Origin: Candidatus Bathyarchaeota archaeon
Lineage (GTDB): Archaea; Thermoproteota; Bathyarchaeia; Bathyarchaeales; Bathycorpusculaceae
DNA: 64,000 nucleotides
NCBI GenBank assembly: GCA_963717465.1
Contig: OY970340.1
Location: 1,056,001-1,120,000 of the forward strand
Reading direction: 5' to 3'
The notes under the pieces: model-generated
Database searches by the model: none
The model's input: the letters and a program-made list of their open reading frames with translations, nothing else
Told to the model about the DNA's origin: nothing
Shown: piece after piece, positions 9,188-18,755 of the stretch
How positions within the stretch are numbered: the stretch's first letter is position 1
How the letters are laid out: each line of letters opens with the position of its first letter
Position numbers and translations under genes: made by a program

Positions 9188-10712
9188 ACTTTTGCACACT
9201 CTTCAATAACTTTTCAATATCAGGGATTTTCTTTTTCCCAGCTAACATGGATGAAAACTGGGCAATTCTAGGCAAATACTTGCTGAAAATTCCAAGTCGC
9301 TTCTTCTCCATGTGCACATGTTCCTGTTTTGACAGGAAATGCTGTAGTTGACGAGCAACTTCACGCAGTGCATTTGCCTCTTCTCTTCGAACTTCAGGTC
9401 TGTCAGCAATGAATTCTTTCCCAACTGTTTTGTACGGAACTTTTGTGCTGCAAATATGAATGACAATGGCAATCGGCATGTCGGGAGTCACCTTGTAGCG
9501 GCGCCAATTTATAGCAGAAATAACCTTGAAGGAAACGTCACTGGCTTCATCATACAAAAGGGGAATCTTGTTGGCAAATCGGTAAATCATAAAATTTCCT
9601 TGTTTAGGCACATCTCCGCCATAAGCAACTGCCATTTCAATTATGAATGGATGACCCGCATAAGTTGACGGTTTACGTTGATGAACCACGAGGTACTCAG
9701 GTTTTAATTCCTTTATCACACCTGCCTTTAACAATTCTTCACCCAATGGTGACAAGCAACTTGCATCAGGCGGCAAAAAATCTTTGAATTTTTTAAGATT
9801 TTGCATCAAGCGCACTATTTCTTCATGCGTCAATTTTTTAGGATTCTTGCTCGGAGGCAGGGCGCTGAACTCTAGAAATTTTTGGGCTGTAATTTCACCT
9901 ACTCGGTGAAAATGTCCCTTCAAAAATTCCAGCATGTTACTGTAAGGAGTAATCTGGATTAGCCGTTGAAGCAACTCTACGTCAACACCGTACGGATGTG
10001 GAAGAGTTTCCTTAGGCGGCTCAGGCATGTCAGTTGTTGCCCGAGTGAACTTGTACAACCTGCCTTTTGGATCAACAAATGTTAGGTTCGCATACGGGTT
10101 AACCATGGCTGTTTGCTTAAAATACTCCAGAATCTTAGGCATAGCCCGAAGGTAATCGCCTTCTATCGTAAATTCAACTATTGTTCCCCGCCAATTGTCC
10201 TTGTTAATCAAGACTTTTCTATCCAAGATTATTGGGCGGTTGCGTTGAATGTCAATCATCAACTTGAAACTGTAAATTTTCGCTTGCCCCGTGCTGGATG
10301 TAACTGTCACGGGTTGATGGGTAGTGATTTGACCGTACAAAACAGCCATTTTGCCACCTAAGCCGAATGTACCCCTCATCTGCTTAAGCTTGTATTTGGA
10401 GCCGTAGAGGACTTGTCCAAAAGCTGAAGGAATAAAACGTGGCTGAATACCTGAACCATTATCTTGAACACGTAGCTTGTAAATTTGGGTTTCCTTTGTT
10501 GCTTCACTCTCAAAAGATAAACGAACATAAATGTCAGGCGGAATTTTCTGGCTTTCTGCAGCGTCCAGAGAGTTTTCAACAATTTCTCTAATTGCTACGA
10601 ATATTGCACGTGAAGGATTTGTTAAGCCAGCGATGTCTCGATTTCGATAGAAAAAGTCAGACGCACTTATTTCTTCAAATGTTGTTGCTTGAGCCACTTC
10701 TAGCCTACACAC
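9165..10712 (-). CDS. top6B: DNA topoisomerase VI subunit B (start probably GTG near 10697)
   Basis: EIVENSLDA, DNGSG, RGTFGLG GHKL motifs; RFANKIPL; KVPYKTVGKE. Confidence 0.96.
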   Translation of the reverse strand: MCRLEVAQATTFEEISASDFFYRNRDIAGLTNPSRAIFVAIREIVENSLDAAESQKIPPDIYVRLSFESEATKETQIYKLRVQDNGSGIQPRFIPSAFGQVLYGSKYKLKQMRGTFGLGGKMAVLYGQITTHQPVTVTSSTGQAKIYSFKLMIDIQRNRPIILDRKVLINKDNWRGTIVEFTIEGDYLRAMPKILEYFKQTAMVNPYANLTFVDPKGRLYKFTRATTDMPEPPKETLPHPYGVDVELLQRLIQITPYSNMLEFLKGHFHRVGEITAQKFLEFSALPPSKNPKKLTHEEIVRLMQNLKKFKDFLPPDASCLSPLGEELLKAGVIKELKPEYLVVHQRKPSTYAGHPFIIEMAVAYGGDVPKQGNFMIYRFANKIPLLYDEASDVSFKVISAINWRRYKVTPDMPIAIVIHICSTKVPYKTVGKEFIADRPEVRREEANALREVARQLQHFLSKQEHVHMEKKRLGIFSKYLPRIAQFSSMLAGKKKIPDIEKLLKSVQKYGADEES

Positions 10713-10825
10713 TTTCTCCTTTTTCTTCGCGAGTTGCTAAGTATATTTATGCTTGTTCTTTAAGTTAACTGAACAGCAAACAGTAAACGCTTGGTTATAT
10801 ATTTCGCTGCTTACTTGTTGAATGG

Positions 10826-12613
10826 TTATTTTTGCTTTAAACGTGTATAATAATACTCGCCGATCTGCTTTTGGAAAACATCCAATCGGCTGCCTTCCTT
10901 GTTAACTCTTGGACGCCTAGTCACTGAATCCCTGCGGAAAGAAATATCCATCGTCTTCAAGAAAGTGTTCATACCCTTCCGCAAACTTGTAGGCGGATTA
11001 GCAAAGCCTGAAACTCCAGGTTCTCCGTTGAAAACCATTAGTCGATCAGCAATAAAGTCCTGCGTCACCACGTCGTGTTCAACCACGAAGGCTGGAATGC
11101 CATGCGCTTCAACAATTCGCCGCAAAGTCTTCGCCATGTTTAATCTTTCATCAACATCAAGATACGCGCTAGGCTCATCAAGCAAGAAAAGATCTGCCTT
11201 CCTACTTAGACAAGCGGCAATTGCAACTTTTTGCAATTCTCCACCGCTCAATTCCATGACGTTACGATCCATAAGCGGCTGAAGCTTCAACGGCTCCGCA
11301 ATCTCAGTTTTATACCAGCTGGAAGTAAAGTTTTCCTTAGCAACTCCCATCAGCAACTCCAGCACGGTTCCTTCGTATTCAGGAGCAATGTACTGGGGCT
11401 TGTAACTTACAGTTAGCTCGCCTAATTTTTGTTTATCATCAGTTTCTTCAAGTCCAGCTAAAATTTTTACGAAAGTTGTTTTTCCAATGCCGTTTGGGCC
11501 AAGTATTCCGATTATTTCTCCGCTCTTTATTTCGCCTGGTTCAACGGTCAGTTTGAATTCTTTAAATGTTTTTTCAAGTTTGTTCCATTTAAACGATGGT
11601 TCGCCGATGCTGGCGCCTGCTGTTGGTGGTTTCTCATGGAAAACTATGGGTTCTTTGCGGAACATGATGTTCTCGTCTGGGATGTAACCTTGCAGGTAAA
11701 TGTTAATGCCTGTTCGCACGCCATGTACGTGTGAAACTACTCCGTAAACGCCTGCTTCCCCATAGAAAAGGCAGATTTGGTCTGACAAGTAATCGATTAT
11801 GGCTAAGTCATGTTCAGCTACGATTATAGTTTTTTGTTGTTCCTTTAAGCTTCTTATGGCTTTGGCAACCTGCAATCTTTGCTTTACATCTAAGTAACTA
11901 GACGGCTCATCGAAAAGGTAAACGTCAGCTTCACGACTTAACGCTGCTGTGACTGCTACTCGTTGAAGTTCTCCTCCGCTTAAAACTTCTAGTGGTCTAT
12001 CCCATACTTTGCGGAGCTCAAGGTCCTCAGCAATTTTGTCTAATTTCTTTCTTTCATCAACTTTTTCCAGTAGGTCGCCTACTTTTCCTGAAACTGCTTT
12101 AGGAATCTTGTCTACGTACTGCGGCTTGCTGCTTACCTTGAGTTTTTTCTCGCTCATCTTGGAGAAGTAGTCTTGAAGTGATGATCCTCGATAGTACTGT
12201 ATGATTTCGTTCCATTCTGGAGGTTTATCGAATTTTCCAAGGTTTGGTTTGATTTCTCCTGAAAAAACTTTTAGGGTCGTGGTCTTGCCAATTCCATTTT
12301 GTCCAAGCAAGCCTAAGACTGTGCCCGGTGAAGGCATTGGTAACCTGAAGAGTTTAAACGTGTTGGGTCCAAAACGGTGACTGCAATCTTTCTCCAGTTC
12401 ATCTGGGAGATTGACGATGCTGATTGCTTTGAAGGGGCATTTTTTAACGCATATTCCACATCCAGTGCATAGTTTTTCGGAGATGACTGCTTTGTTTCCT
12501 TCGATTCTTATGGCTTCTATGCGGCTTCGTACCATGGGGCAGTAGTTAACGCAGAGGTGTTCACATTTTTTTACTTTGCATTTGTCGATGTTAAGTACAG
12601 CAATTCGAGTCAT
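10826..12613 (-). CDS. rli: Ribosome recycling ATPase ABCE1/RLI
   Basis: N-terminal Fe-S cysteines (C..KC...C...CP; CTGCGICVKKCP), two ABC domains, RPRVNK hinge, GEYYY end. Confidence 0.97.
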   Translation of the reverse strand: MTRIAVLNIDKCKVKKCEHLCVNYCPMVRSRIEAIRIEGNKAVISEKLCTGCGICVKKCPFKAISIVNLPDELEKDCSHRFGPNTFKLFRLPMPSPGTVLGLLGQNGIGKTTTLKVFSGEIKPNLGKFDKPPEWNEIIQYYRGSSLQDYFSKMSEKKLKVSSKPQYVDKIPKAVSGKVGDLLEKVDERKKLDKIAEDLELRKVWDRPLEVLSGGELQRVAVTAALSREADVYLFDEPSSYLDVKQRLQVAKAIRSLKEQQKTIIVAEHDLAIIDYLSDQICLFYGEAGVYGVVSHVHGVRTGINIYLQGYIPDENIMFRKEPIVFHEKPPTAGASIGEPSFKWNKLEKTFKEFKLTVEPGEIKSGEIIGILGPNGIGKTTFVKILAGLEETDDKQKLGELTVSYKPQYIAPEYEGTVLELLMGVAKENFTSSWYKTEIAEPLKLQPLMDRNVMELSGGELQKVAIAACLSRKADLFLLDEPSAYLDVDERLNMAKTLRRIVEAHGIPAFVVEHDVVTQDFIADRLMVFNGEPGVSGFANPPTSLRKGMNTFLKTMDISFRRDSVTRRPRVNKEGSRLDVFQKQIGEYYYTRLKQK

Positions 12614-12721
12614 GAAACGTCAAAGATGAAATTGACTTGTTAGTTATAAACTTGGAGTTTAAAAGTAGCTGTGGGCTTGAAGAATCGCTTCAAAGAAAAA
12701 TAATAAGGTTAGCCTAGCAAT

Positions 12722-12790
12722 TTACCATTCTTCTTCTTCCCATTCTTCATCTTCGCCTTCTTCCCATTCTTCGTCTTCTTCAAATATCAT
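12722..12790 (-). CDS. Acidic Trp-repeat microprotein MIFEEDEEWEEGEDEEWEEEEW (22 aa)
   Basis: Perfect SD GGAGGTGA at 12801-12808, 10 nt before ATG; TTTAAA box at 12846-12851; clean reading frame. Confidence 0.7.
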   Translation of the reverse strand: MIFEEDEEWEEGEDEEWEEEEW

Positions 12791-13025
12791 CTTGGATTTT
12801 TCACCTCCACAAATACGGCAAATACTTTAGCATTGCTTGCTTTAGTTTAAACATTTGCATTCGTCAAATGTCGTTAATCTAAATTTAAACTCTGGGGAAA
12901 GATGGTTTTGTTCGCATGATTCTTCTATATAAATAACAGATGGCCAAATTAGATTCAGGTAAAATTTAGGCACACCATGTTGTTATTTATCAAAATGAAT
13001 AAATCTGCGTTACTTAGTTATTTTT

Positions 13026-13087
13026 GGGATGATGTGAGGCGACGGCTTCGAGCAATCGCTGTGAGAGCACGTCAAAAATCACTGACC
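13026..13087 (+). ncRNA. Candidate C/D box guide sRNA
   Basis: GG-ATGATGT (C-like) ... TCGA (D'-like) ... GTGAGA (C'-like) ... CTGA-CC (D), about 62 nt, GC-richer than flanks, intergenic. Confidence 0.4.
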
Positions 13088-13225
13088 TAACAAGAATTCT
13101 CCCCTAACATAACCTGAGCGGATATGCCAATTTGATTACGAACAATAGTTTAGTTAACTTGAACATAAAATTCTTAGGTAAAGCAGAAATAACTTTGAGT
13201 CATTTTATTTTTTTGGAGAAAAAGT

Positions 13226-13759
13226 ATGCTTAAGGATTTCAATTTGTTAGCTTCGACTTCAAGGGGAAACGAGCGGCCAATGTGCAACGAACTGCATTAC
13301 TTGCTCAAAGAAATGCTGGGTGATGCCGAAGCTGTGGTAAGCAAAACTGGCGTCCGAGGATTAGTTGCCGCCAAAACAACATTGGATCCAATTCAAGTGA
13401 TAGAAAAATTTCGCCAGTTGCTAAAAGAGCGCCCCTATGAGTTTCGTTTTGCATTACGCATTATTCCTGTTCAACAAGTTTTGCCAACAGACTTAGAAGA
13501 AATTAAGCGCGCAGCAAACGAGCTCGCTAAAAAAATTGGCGAAACAGAATCTTTTAGAGTTACAGTTGAAAAACGGTTCACTTCGCTGCACTCGCAAGAC
13601 CTTATTGCAGCTGTTGCATCAGACATCAAGCAGAAAGTCGATCTGAAAAATCCTGATTGGGTACTGCTAATCGAGGTTCTTGGCGGGTTTACTGGTTTAT
13701 CACTTTTAAGACCGAATGAAATCTTAGCGGTCGTTAAAGAAAAAATGATGCCTGATTAG
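13226..13759 (+). CDS. THUMP domain RNA-binding protein
   Basis: SFRVTVEKR and KVDLKNPDWVLLIEVLG THUMP signature. Confidence 0.88.
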   Translation: MLKDFNLLASTSRGNERPMCNELHYLLKEMLGDAEAVVSKTGVRGLVAAKTTLDPIQVIEKFRQLLKERPYEFRFALRIIPVQQVLPTDLEEIKRAANELAKKIGETESFRVTVEKRFTSLHSQDLIAAVASDIKQKVDLKNPDWVLLIEVLGGFTGLSLLRPNEILAVVKEKMMPD

Positions 13760-14320
13760 AGCTGAGTTGCCAATAAAGCAACTTGCTCAATGACAAGATT
13801 AACTATTGCCTGCTGCTTGTCATGAGTTGACAAAGTTTCAAGTTGGGCATTCGTAATTTTGAAGGCATCTTGGATTTTGCTTATTTTTTCTTCTGACAAA
13901 TCAAGGACTGTTTCGTCAGGTTCCTTGCGGAATTGATGTGAAATCTCTTTGGTTACTTCTTGAACTGACGCTGGAATTTTCACCAATTATCACCGCTGCC
14001 AGATTCTTCATGTCTTGTTTTATGCCTAAAAGGTGGATGGCTTTCTTAATTTGTCTTTGTGATGAAGCATAAAGTATGGTTTCCATTGCAAGGTTTTTTG
14101 AAAGGTTTGTTTGATTTTTGAATGCTGCCATCGCGTTAAGTACAGCGAAGTACAAGTGTTCATGGGTAGCGATTAGCTGAGCGTTGAAGAACTGGATCAT
14201 GATATCTTGATGAGGTTCAATTCTGCTTAATTTTAAGAAATTTTCAGCTTCATTAAATTTTATGCTTCGGTAGCCTGTAATTTCTACGTATTTTTCATAT
14301 TCTTTAATATATTGAAGCAT
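13756..14320 (-). CDS. cgi121: KEOPS complex subunit Cgi121, frameshift near 13975
   Basis: ETILYASSQRQIKKAIHLLGI motif; C-terminal IEQVALL in second frame. Confidence 0.85.
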
Positions 14321-14633
14321 GTTTCGTCTTCCTTGGATGTTTCTAAGGCGATTTTCCTCGATAGATTACGATGCGGTCCCGTGACCTATGCTTGAGTTGG
14401 AATTTTGCGGTTATTCTTTTCACTTTAAGTTATTCATAAAAACCTTATAAAAGCGTGCATGCTCTTTTGGTTTGTTTTTTGAGTTGGTTCTCTTACATTT
14501 ATAAGGAAGTTGTGTTATATTTTTGAGTTTGAAGAGTCGCGTCTTCAGAATGTTTCGCGAATCGTAATATAATTTAAAAAGCACCGAGTAATGTAAAGAA
14601 GATAAAGTAACAGGTGGAGGGTGTAAGGTTCAA

Positions 14634-14975
14634 ATGAAGAAAAATGGAGAAGAGGAGAAGGTCACAAACATTCTTACAGACCCAAATCTCTCAGCAATCA
14701 AGGCAATGCTTGAAAAAGACCATTCAATCGATTGCCTTTTAATGCTTTATATTGATAAAGGAAAATGGAAGGATGCAAAAGATTTCATGCATAAGAACAA
14801 GCTTACGTTAAGCGACGGCACTTTCAGGGCTAGGATGATTGAGATTGAACAGTTAGGTTTAGCTAAGAGTGAACGTATTGATCCATTAAAGAAGTATTAT
14901 TTGAAGACTGAGCTTGGCGAGAAAGTTGCGAAGCTCCTTTTGGGATTCTTTGATGAATTAATTGCTAAGGAATAA
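14634..14975 (+). CDS. Winged-helix-like DNA-binding protein
   Basis: SDGTFRARMIEIEQLGL...YYLKTELGEKV wHTH pattern; SD GGAGG upstream. Confidence 0.6.
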   Translation: MKKNGEEEKVTNILTDPNLSAIKAMLEKDHSIDCLLMLYIDKGKWKDAKDFMHKNKLTLSDGTFRARMIEIEQLGLAKSERIDPLKKYYLKTELGEKVAKLLLGFFDELIAKE

Positions 14976-15171
14976 CTGTTCTTTTTTTTCTGTATATTCT
15001 TCAGTATTTTATTTTTTGTGTTTAACTATTTTTGTTCCTTTTGATTTTTTTGTGGGTTTTGTGTATTTTTGTTGAACAAGTATGTAGTATTGTATCTTAT
15101 GTCATAATATTTAAATGTCTCTTTCCAACATCTGATTACGTTGAACCCAAAAGGAGGGTTAAAAAAGAGAA

Positions 15172-15601
15172 ATGTATACATTTAGAAAATTTAGAACGAA
15201 TGCAAAAGCACTAAGCCCCGTCAGTCGCAACAATCATACTAATCGCTGTCACAGTCGCAGTCAGCATTGCAGTAGCCGCATGGATGGGCGGACTAACCAC
15301 CAGTTTCATGGGAACAGAACAATTATCACTAGGAACGCCAACTTTCGCAACAGGAACAACAAATGGAACAATCACGATTGTTGTTAAGAATACAGGAACA
15401 ACCGCAGTGACGCTATCATCTGTCTCCGTGAATAATGTGGATGAATCAATTAATGCTGCTGGACTTACTACAATAGGTGCCAACGCGAATTCAACTGTTA
15501 CAATCAGCGGTTTGAGCATTGTTGCTGGAAACAACTACGCAATTAAATTCGTCACAGCCAAGAACAACCCATTCACAACGAGTGCCATAGCTCCGCAATA
15601 A
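15172..15601 (+). CDS. Archaeal type IV pilin/archaellin-like protein, one extra base near 15222
   Basis: Removing one base gives class III signal peptide KA/LSPVVATIILIAVTVAVSIAVAAWMG followed by a beta-rich domain with VKNTG. Confidence 0.85.
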
Positions 15602-15702
15602 ATTTCCCTCATTATTGACGTTAAGAAATTCGTGGGGGTAGGGTGATAAAAACACCTTCAGTTTCCCTTTCTCTTGTTTCCTCTTAGAGGTGCAAAAAAA
15701 CG

Positions 15703-16128
15703 ATGGTAGTAGAAATAAAAGAATACAAGTCAGCGGAAGAAATAGCAGAAACTCTGGACAAAGAAATAGCAACGACTAAAAGCACGTTGGGCGAATACCT
15801 GCGGCGACTCGATGAAATTAGGGCGTTAGCAGAAAAGTCAAAGAAAATTCGAGAAGTTGTCCTAAAACTCGCGGGTAAAAAAGTGGCAAGTGAAAGCTTG
15901 GGAGAAATATCAATTGGAACACTAAACGTGATCTTGGATGCTAACCCTTTTCATGAATTAACCGCAATAGAAGCCGTTGTCCGCAGCCATCAAGAACGCC
16001 TATTAGTTCTGCAAAAAGCGCGAGAAGCACTAAAATGGCTTGATCAATTAGGCGATAGTGAAGGTCTCAAGTACTTAGTCGTTGAAACCGAAGGAATTCC
16101 TGAACGCATACTGTTTAAGATGAGCTAA
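15703..16128 (+). CDS. Hypothetical helical/coiled-coil protein
   Basis: 141-aa ORF, SD-like GAGGTG upstream, amphipathic helices. Confidence 0.7.
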   Translation: MVVEIKEYKSAEEIAETLDKEIATTKSTLGEYLRRLDEIRALAEKSKKIREVVLKLAGKKVASESLGEISIGTLNVILDANPFHELTAIEAVVRSHQERLLVLQKAREALKWLDQLGDSEGLKYLVVETEGIPERILFKMS

Positions 16129-16137
16129 ACACGCTCA

Positions 16138-17002
16138 GTGCAACATGGAAATGCAGGAGCAAAGAAAAGTCAAATGTCCCAAATCTATTCAACAGCATTT
16201 AAAAGCACAATTGACGAAATCAAAAAAGTTGTTCCTCAAGTATCAAACACGTTCATTTTTGAAAAGAACTTGGATACCGTCATTAAAGATGATGAAACAA
16301 GTGAAGAATCTATCAAAAATTTAGTTGAATCTTTTAATGTTATTGCTGAAAAAGCTGACTGTTTGGATGAGTTAGAATCATTTACTATTCAAGGAACAAA
16401 TGGTCAGGTAAACATCTCCTGTACAAACAATTTCTATTTTGCGTCAGTATCTTCATATGAAGCTGACGAAAAGACACTTAAAACATTAACATCTGTTTTA
16501 GTTCCAACCGTAATAAGACTTGTCGACCAAATAACCGAAAACTCCATTCTGAAAGATGATACCGAACAAGATGATACCGAACAATTTTCAAACGACACTG
16601 GGGCTAGCGGCACAGTTTTCGAAGATAAAGATGAATCGACTCAGCAATTGCAACAGTCAATGGCACAGCCTATTACGGACACATTAACCTCTGAACCGTT
16701 GCTTCCTAAGCCGCCTGTAAATCAGTTCATGGTTGAAAAAATCAGCGGTTTAATGGTGAGCTCAGATACAGTTCGAATCGACAAGGAAACAATAAGCGGA
16801 TGGAGCAATATCTGCAACGATAAACATATTCCCGTAGTAATTATAGAAGCATTGAATGGGAAAAAGGCTAAGTGCAAATTCAAACCGATTAAAGATTCAA
16901 AATATTTCGGAAAAGGCGTTATTCAAATCCCAGCAAAAATCATGGACATCCTCGAACTTAGTCAAGGGCGAATTAATCATGGTTAAGCCAGTATTAGAAT
17001 AA
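16138..17002 (+). CDS. Hypothetical protein: roadblock/LC7-like N-terminus, acidic linker, beta-barrel-like C-terminus; frameshift near 16966
   Basis: Correcting the frameshift gives ...LELSQGELIMVKPVLE*; fold assignment by pattern only. Confidence 0.55.
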
Positions 17003-17015
17003 TGGAGGAATCAGA

Positions 17016-17431
17016 TTGGTTAAGAAAAAACGAAGCATACCTGGTTCCCCGACGGCGATGTACTTTGAAGATGACGCCATTGTAACATCAACAGATGACG
17101 AAGTTAAAACATACGCAAGTTTGGTTGAGAGTTCTAAAAGAAATAAGTAACATCGAAGGGCGTCACAGGGTATATTCTGCGAAATCAAACTAACGCGAAC
17201 ATAGCCCTGCAAGAAACTGAAAAAGTAACTCAATATGCCTTGTTAACACTAAAAATATTTGACTCCAACCAAACGATTGCTCAAATATTCGATGTAGGCG
17301 ATGTCGAGAGTACAATTATTGAGGGAAAAAACATCAAAGCACTTTGTATAACTATCGGCGAAAACAAAATCAGTGTATTTATGAGAAAAACTGTTGATCA
17401 TGACCAAATAGCAGATAGAATTTTGCATTAA
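17016..17431 (+). CDS. Roadblock/LC7-like protein, frameshifted
   Basis: SD GGAGG + TTG 17016; IEGVTGYILRN ... GDVESTIIEGKNIKALCITIGENKISVFM read across frames. Confidence 0.5.
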
Positions 17432-17669
17432 ACCGTTTTTACACAAAACATTAGTTGGCTACAAAATATCGGAAATAGCTCATATATCATGCTTTTTGTT
17501 CACCGAAATCAGCTGCACAAAAGCGTTCAGTAAAACTTTAATTAGATCTTTCATGCATTCAAACTAATTTTCTTCGTTACTTTTATCTTCAGAATTGTAC
17601 ATAAATCAAACATTCAAGATAAAGCCTTATATTTTAAATCGAGCCTTCCTTGCTGAGAAGGAATTCAAA

Positions 17670-18743
17670 TTGCACAAGAAACTATTAATTCCTGGACCAA
17701 CCGAAGTCAGCAAAGAAATGCTCAATGAGCAAACTCACTATTTAATCGGTCATAGAGAAAAAGAATTCTCCGATTTATACGGAGGAATAACTGAAAAACT
17801 TGCCCGATTTTTCGAGTTGCCAGCTAATATTAAGCCAACGGTAACTACTTCATCGGGAACACTCTGGTTTGACATAGTTGGAAGAAGCATAGTAAAAGAA
17901 AAAGCATTAGCCTGCGTTAACGGCGCTTTTTCTAAGCGATGCGCTGAAACCCTGAGCGCCTGCGGCAAAAAAACGGATGTCCTCGAAGTTGAATGGGGCA
18001 AAGCAATCAAACCAGAAATGATAGCTGAGAAACTCGATTCTGGAGAGTATGATACATTAACCGTTTGCCATAATGAATCTTCAACTGGCGTCAGAAACCC
18101 AATTCAAGAAATCGGGAAACTCGTTCGCAAAAAGTACCCAAACGTAATCTACGCCATCGATGCAGTTTCCTCTATGGCGGGCGACCGAACACTGCCCACG
18201 GAAATTGGCTGTGACATCATTTTTGCTTCTACACAGAAATGTTTCGCGTTGCCTCCAGGTTTGGCTGTTGCACTTGTTAATGATAAGGCTATTGAAAGAG
18301 CCAATCAAGTACCTAACCGTGGCACCTACACTGACCTGGTTGAAATCTTTGAGTTTGAAAAGAAACATCAAACGCCTTTCACGCCCTGTATTCCGCTGCT
18401 TTACGCTTTGAATAAACGCATGGATCTTTTACTCGAGGAAACATATGAAAAAATTTACAATCGTCATTTAGAAATGGCGCAGTACACGCAGAAGTGGGCA
18501 AACAATCACTTCAAAATGTTCTCTGAAAAAGGCTACGAGTCGTTAACAGTTAGCTGCATCGAAAACACTCAAGGAAAAAACATCAAAGAGCTAAAACAAA
18601 AATTATCCGAAAAAGGCTTCCTAATCTCTGCTGGCTACGGCAAATTAGCTGATAAAACCTTCCGCATTGGGCATATGGGCGAATGGAACCTAACAGGCAT
18701 AAAAGAAGTCATATCCTTAATAGACGAAGTCTGGAGTTTGTGA
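17670..18743 (+). CDS. Class V PLP aminotransferase (serine-pyruvate/phosphoserine aminotransferase-like)
   Basis: LIPGPTEV, HNESSTG, DAVSS, STQKCFALPPGL, FRIGHMG; likely TTG start at 17670. Confidence 0.9.
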   Translation: MHKKLLIPGPTEVSKEMLNEQTHYLIGHREKEFSDLYGGITEKLARFFELPANIKPTVTTSSGTLWFDIVGRSIVKEKALACVNGAFSKRCAETLSACGKKTDVLEVEWGKAIKPEMIAEKLDSGEYDTLTVCHNESSTGVRNPIQEIGKLVRKKYPNVIYAIDAVSSMAGDRTLPTEIGCDIIFASTQKCFALPPGLAVALVNDKAIERANQVPNRGTYTDLVEIFEFEKKHQTPFTPCIPLLYALNKRMDLLLEETYEKIYNRHLEMAQYTQKWANNHFKMFSEKGYESLTVSCIENTQGKNIKELKQKLSEKGFLISAGYGKLADKTFRIGHMGEWNLTGIKEVISLIDEVWSL

Positions 18744-18755
18744 GCTGAAATACGA

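Noticed and set aside
16555..16584. 15-bp tandem repeat encoding DDTEQ twice
   Set aside because: In-frame duplication in a disordered linker; ordinary.
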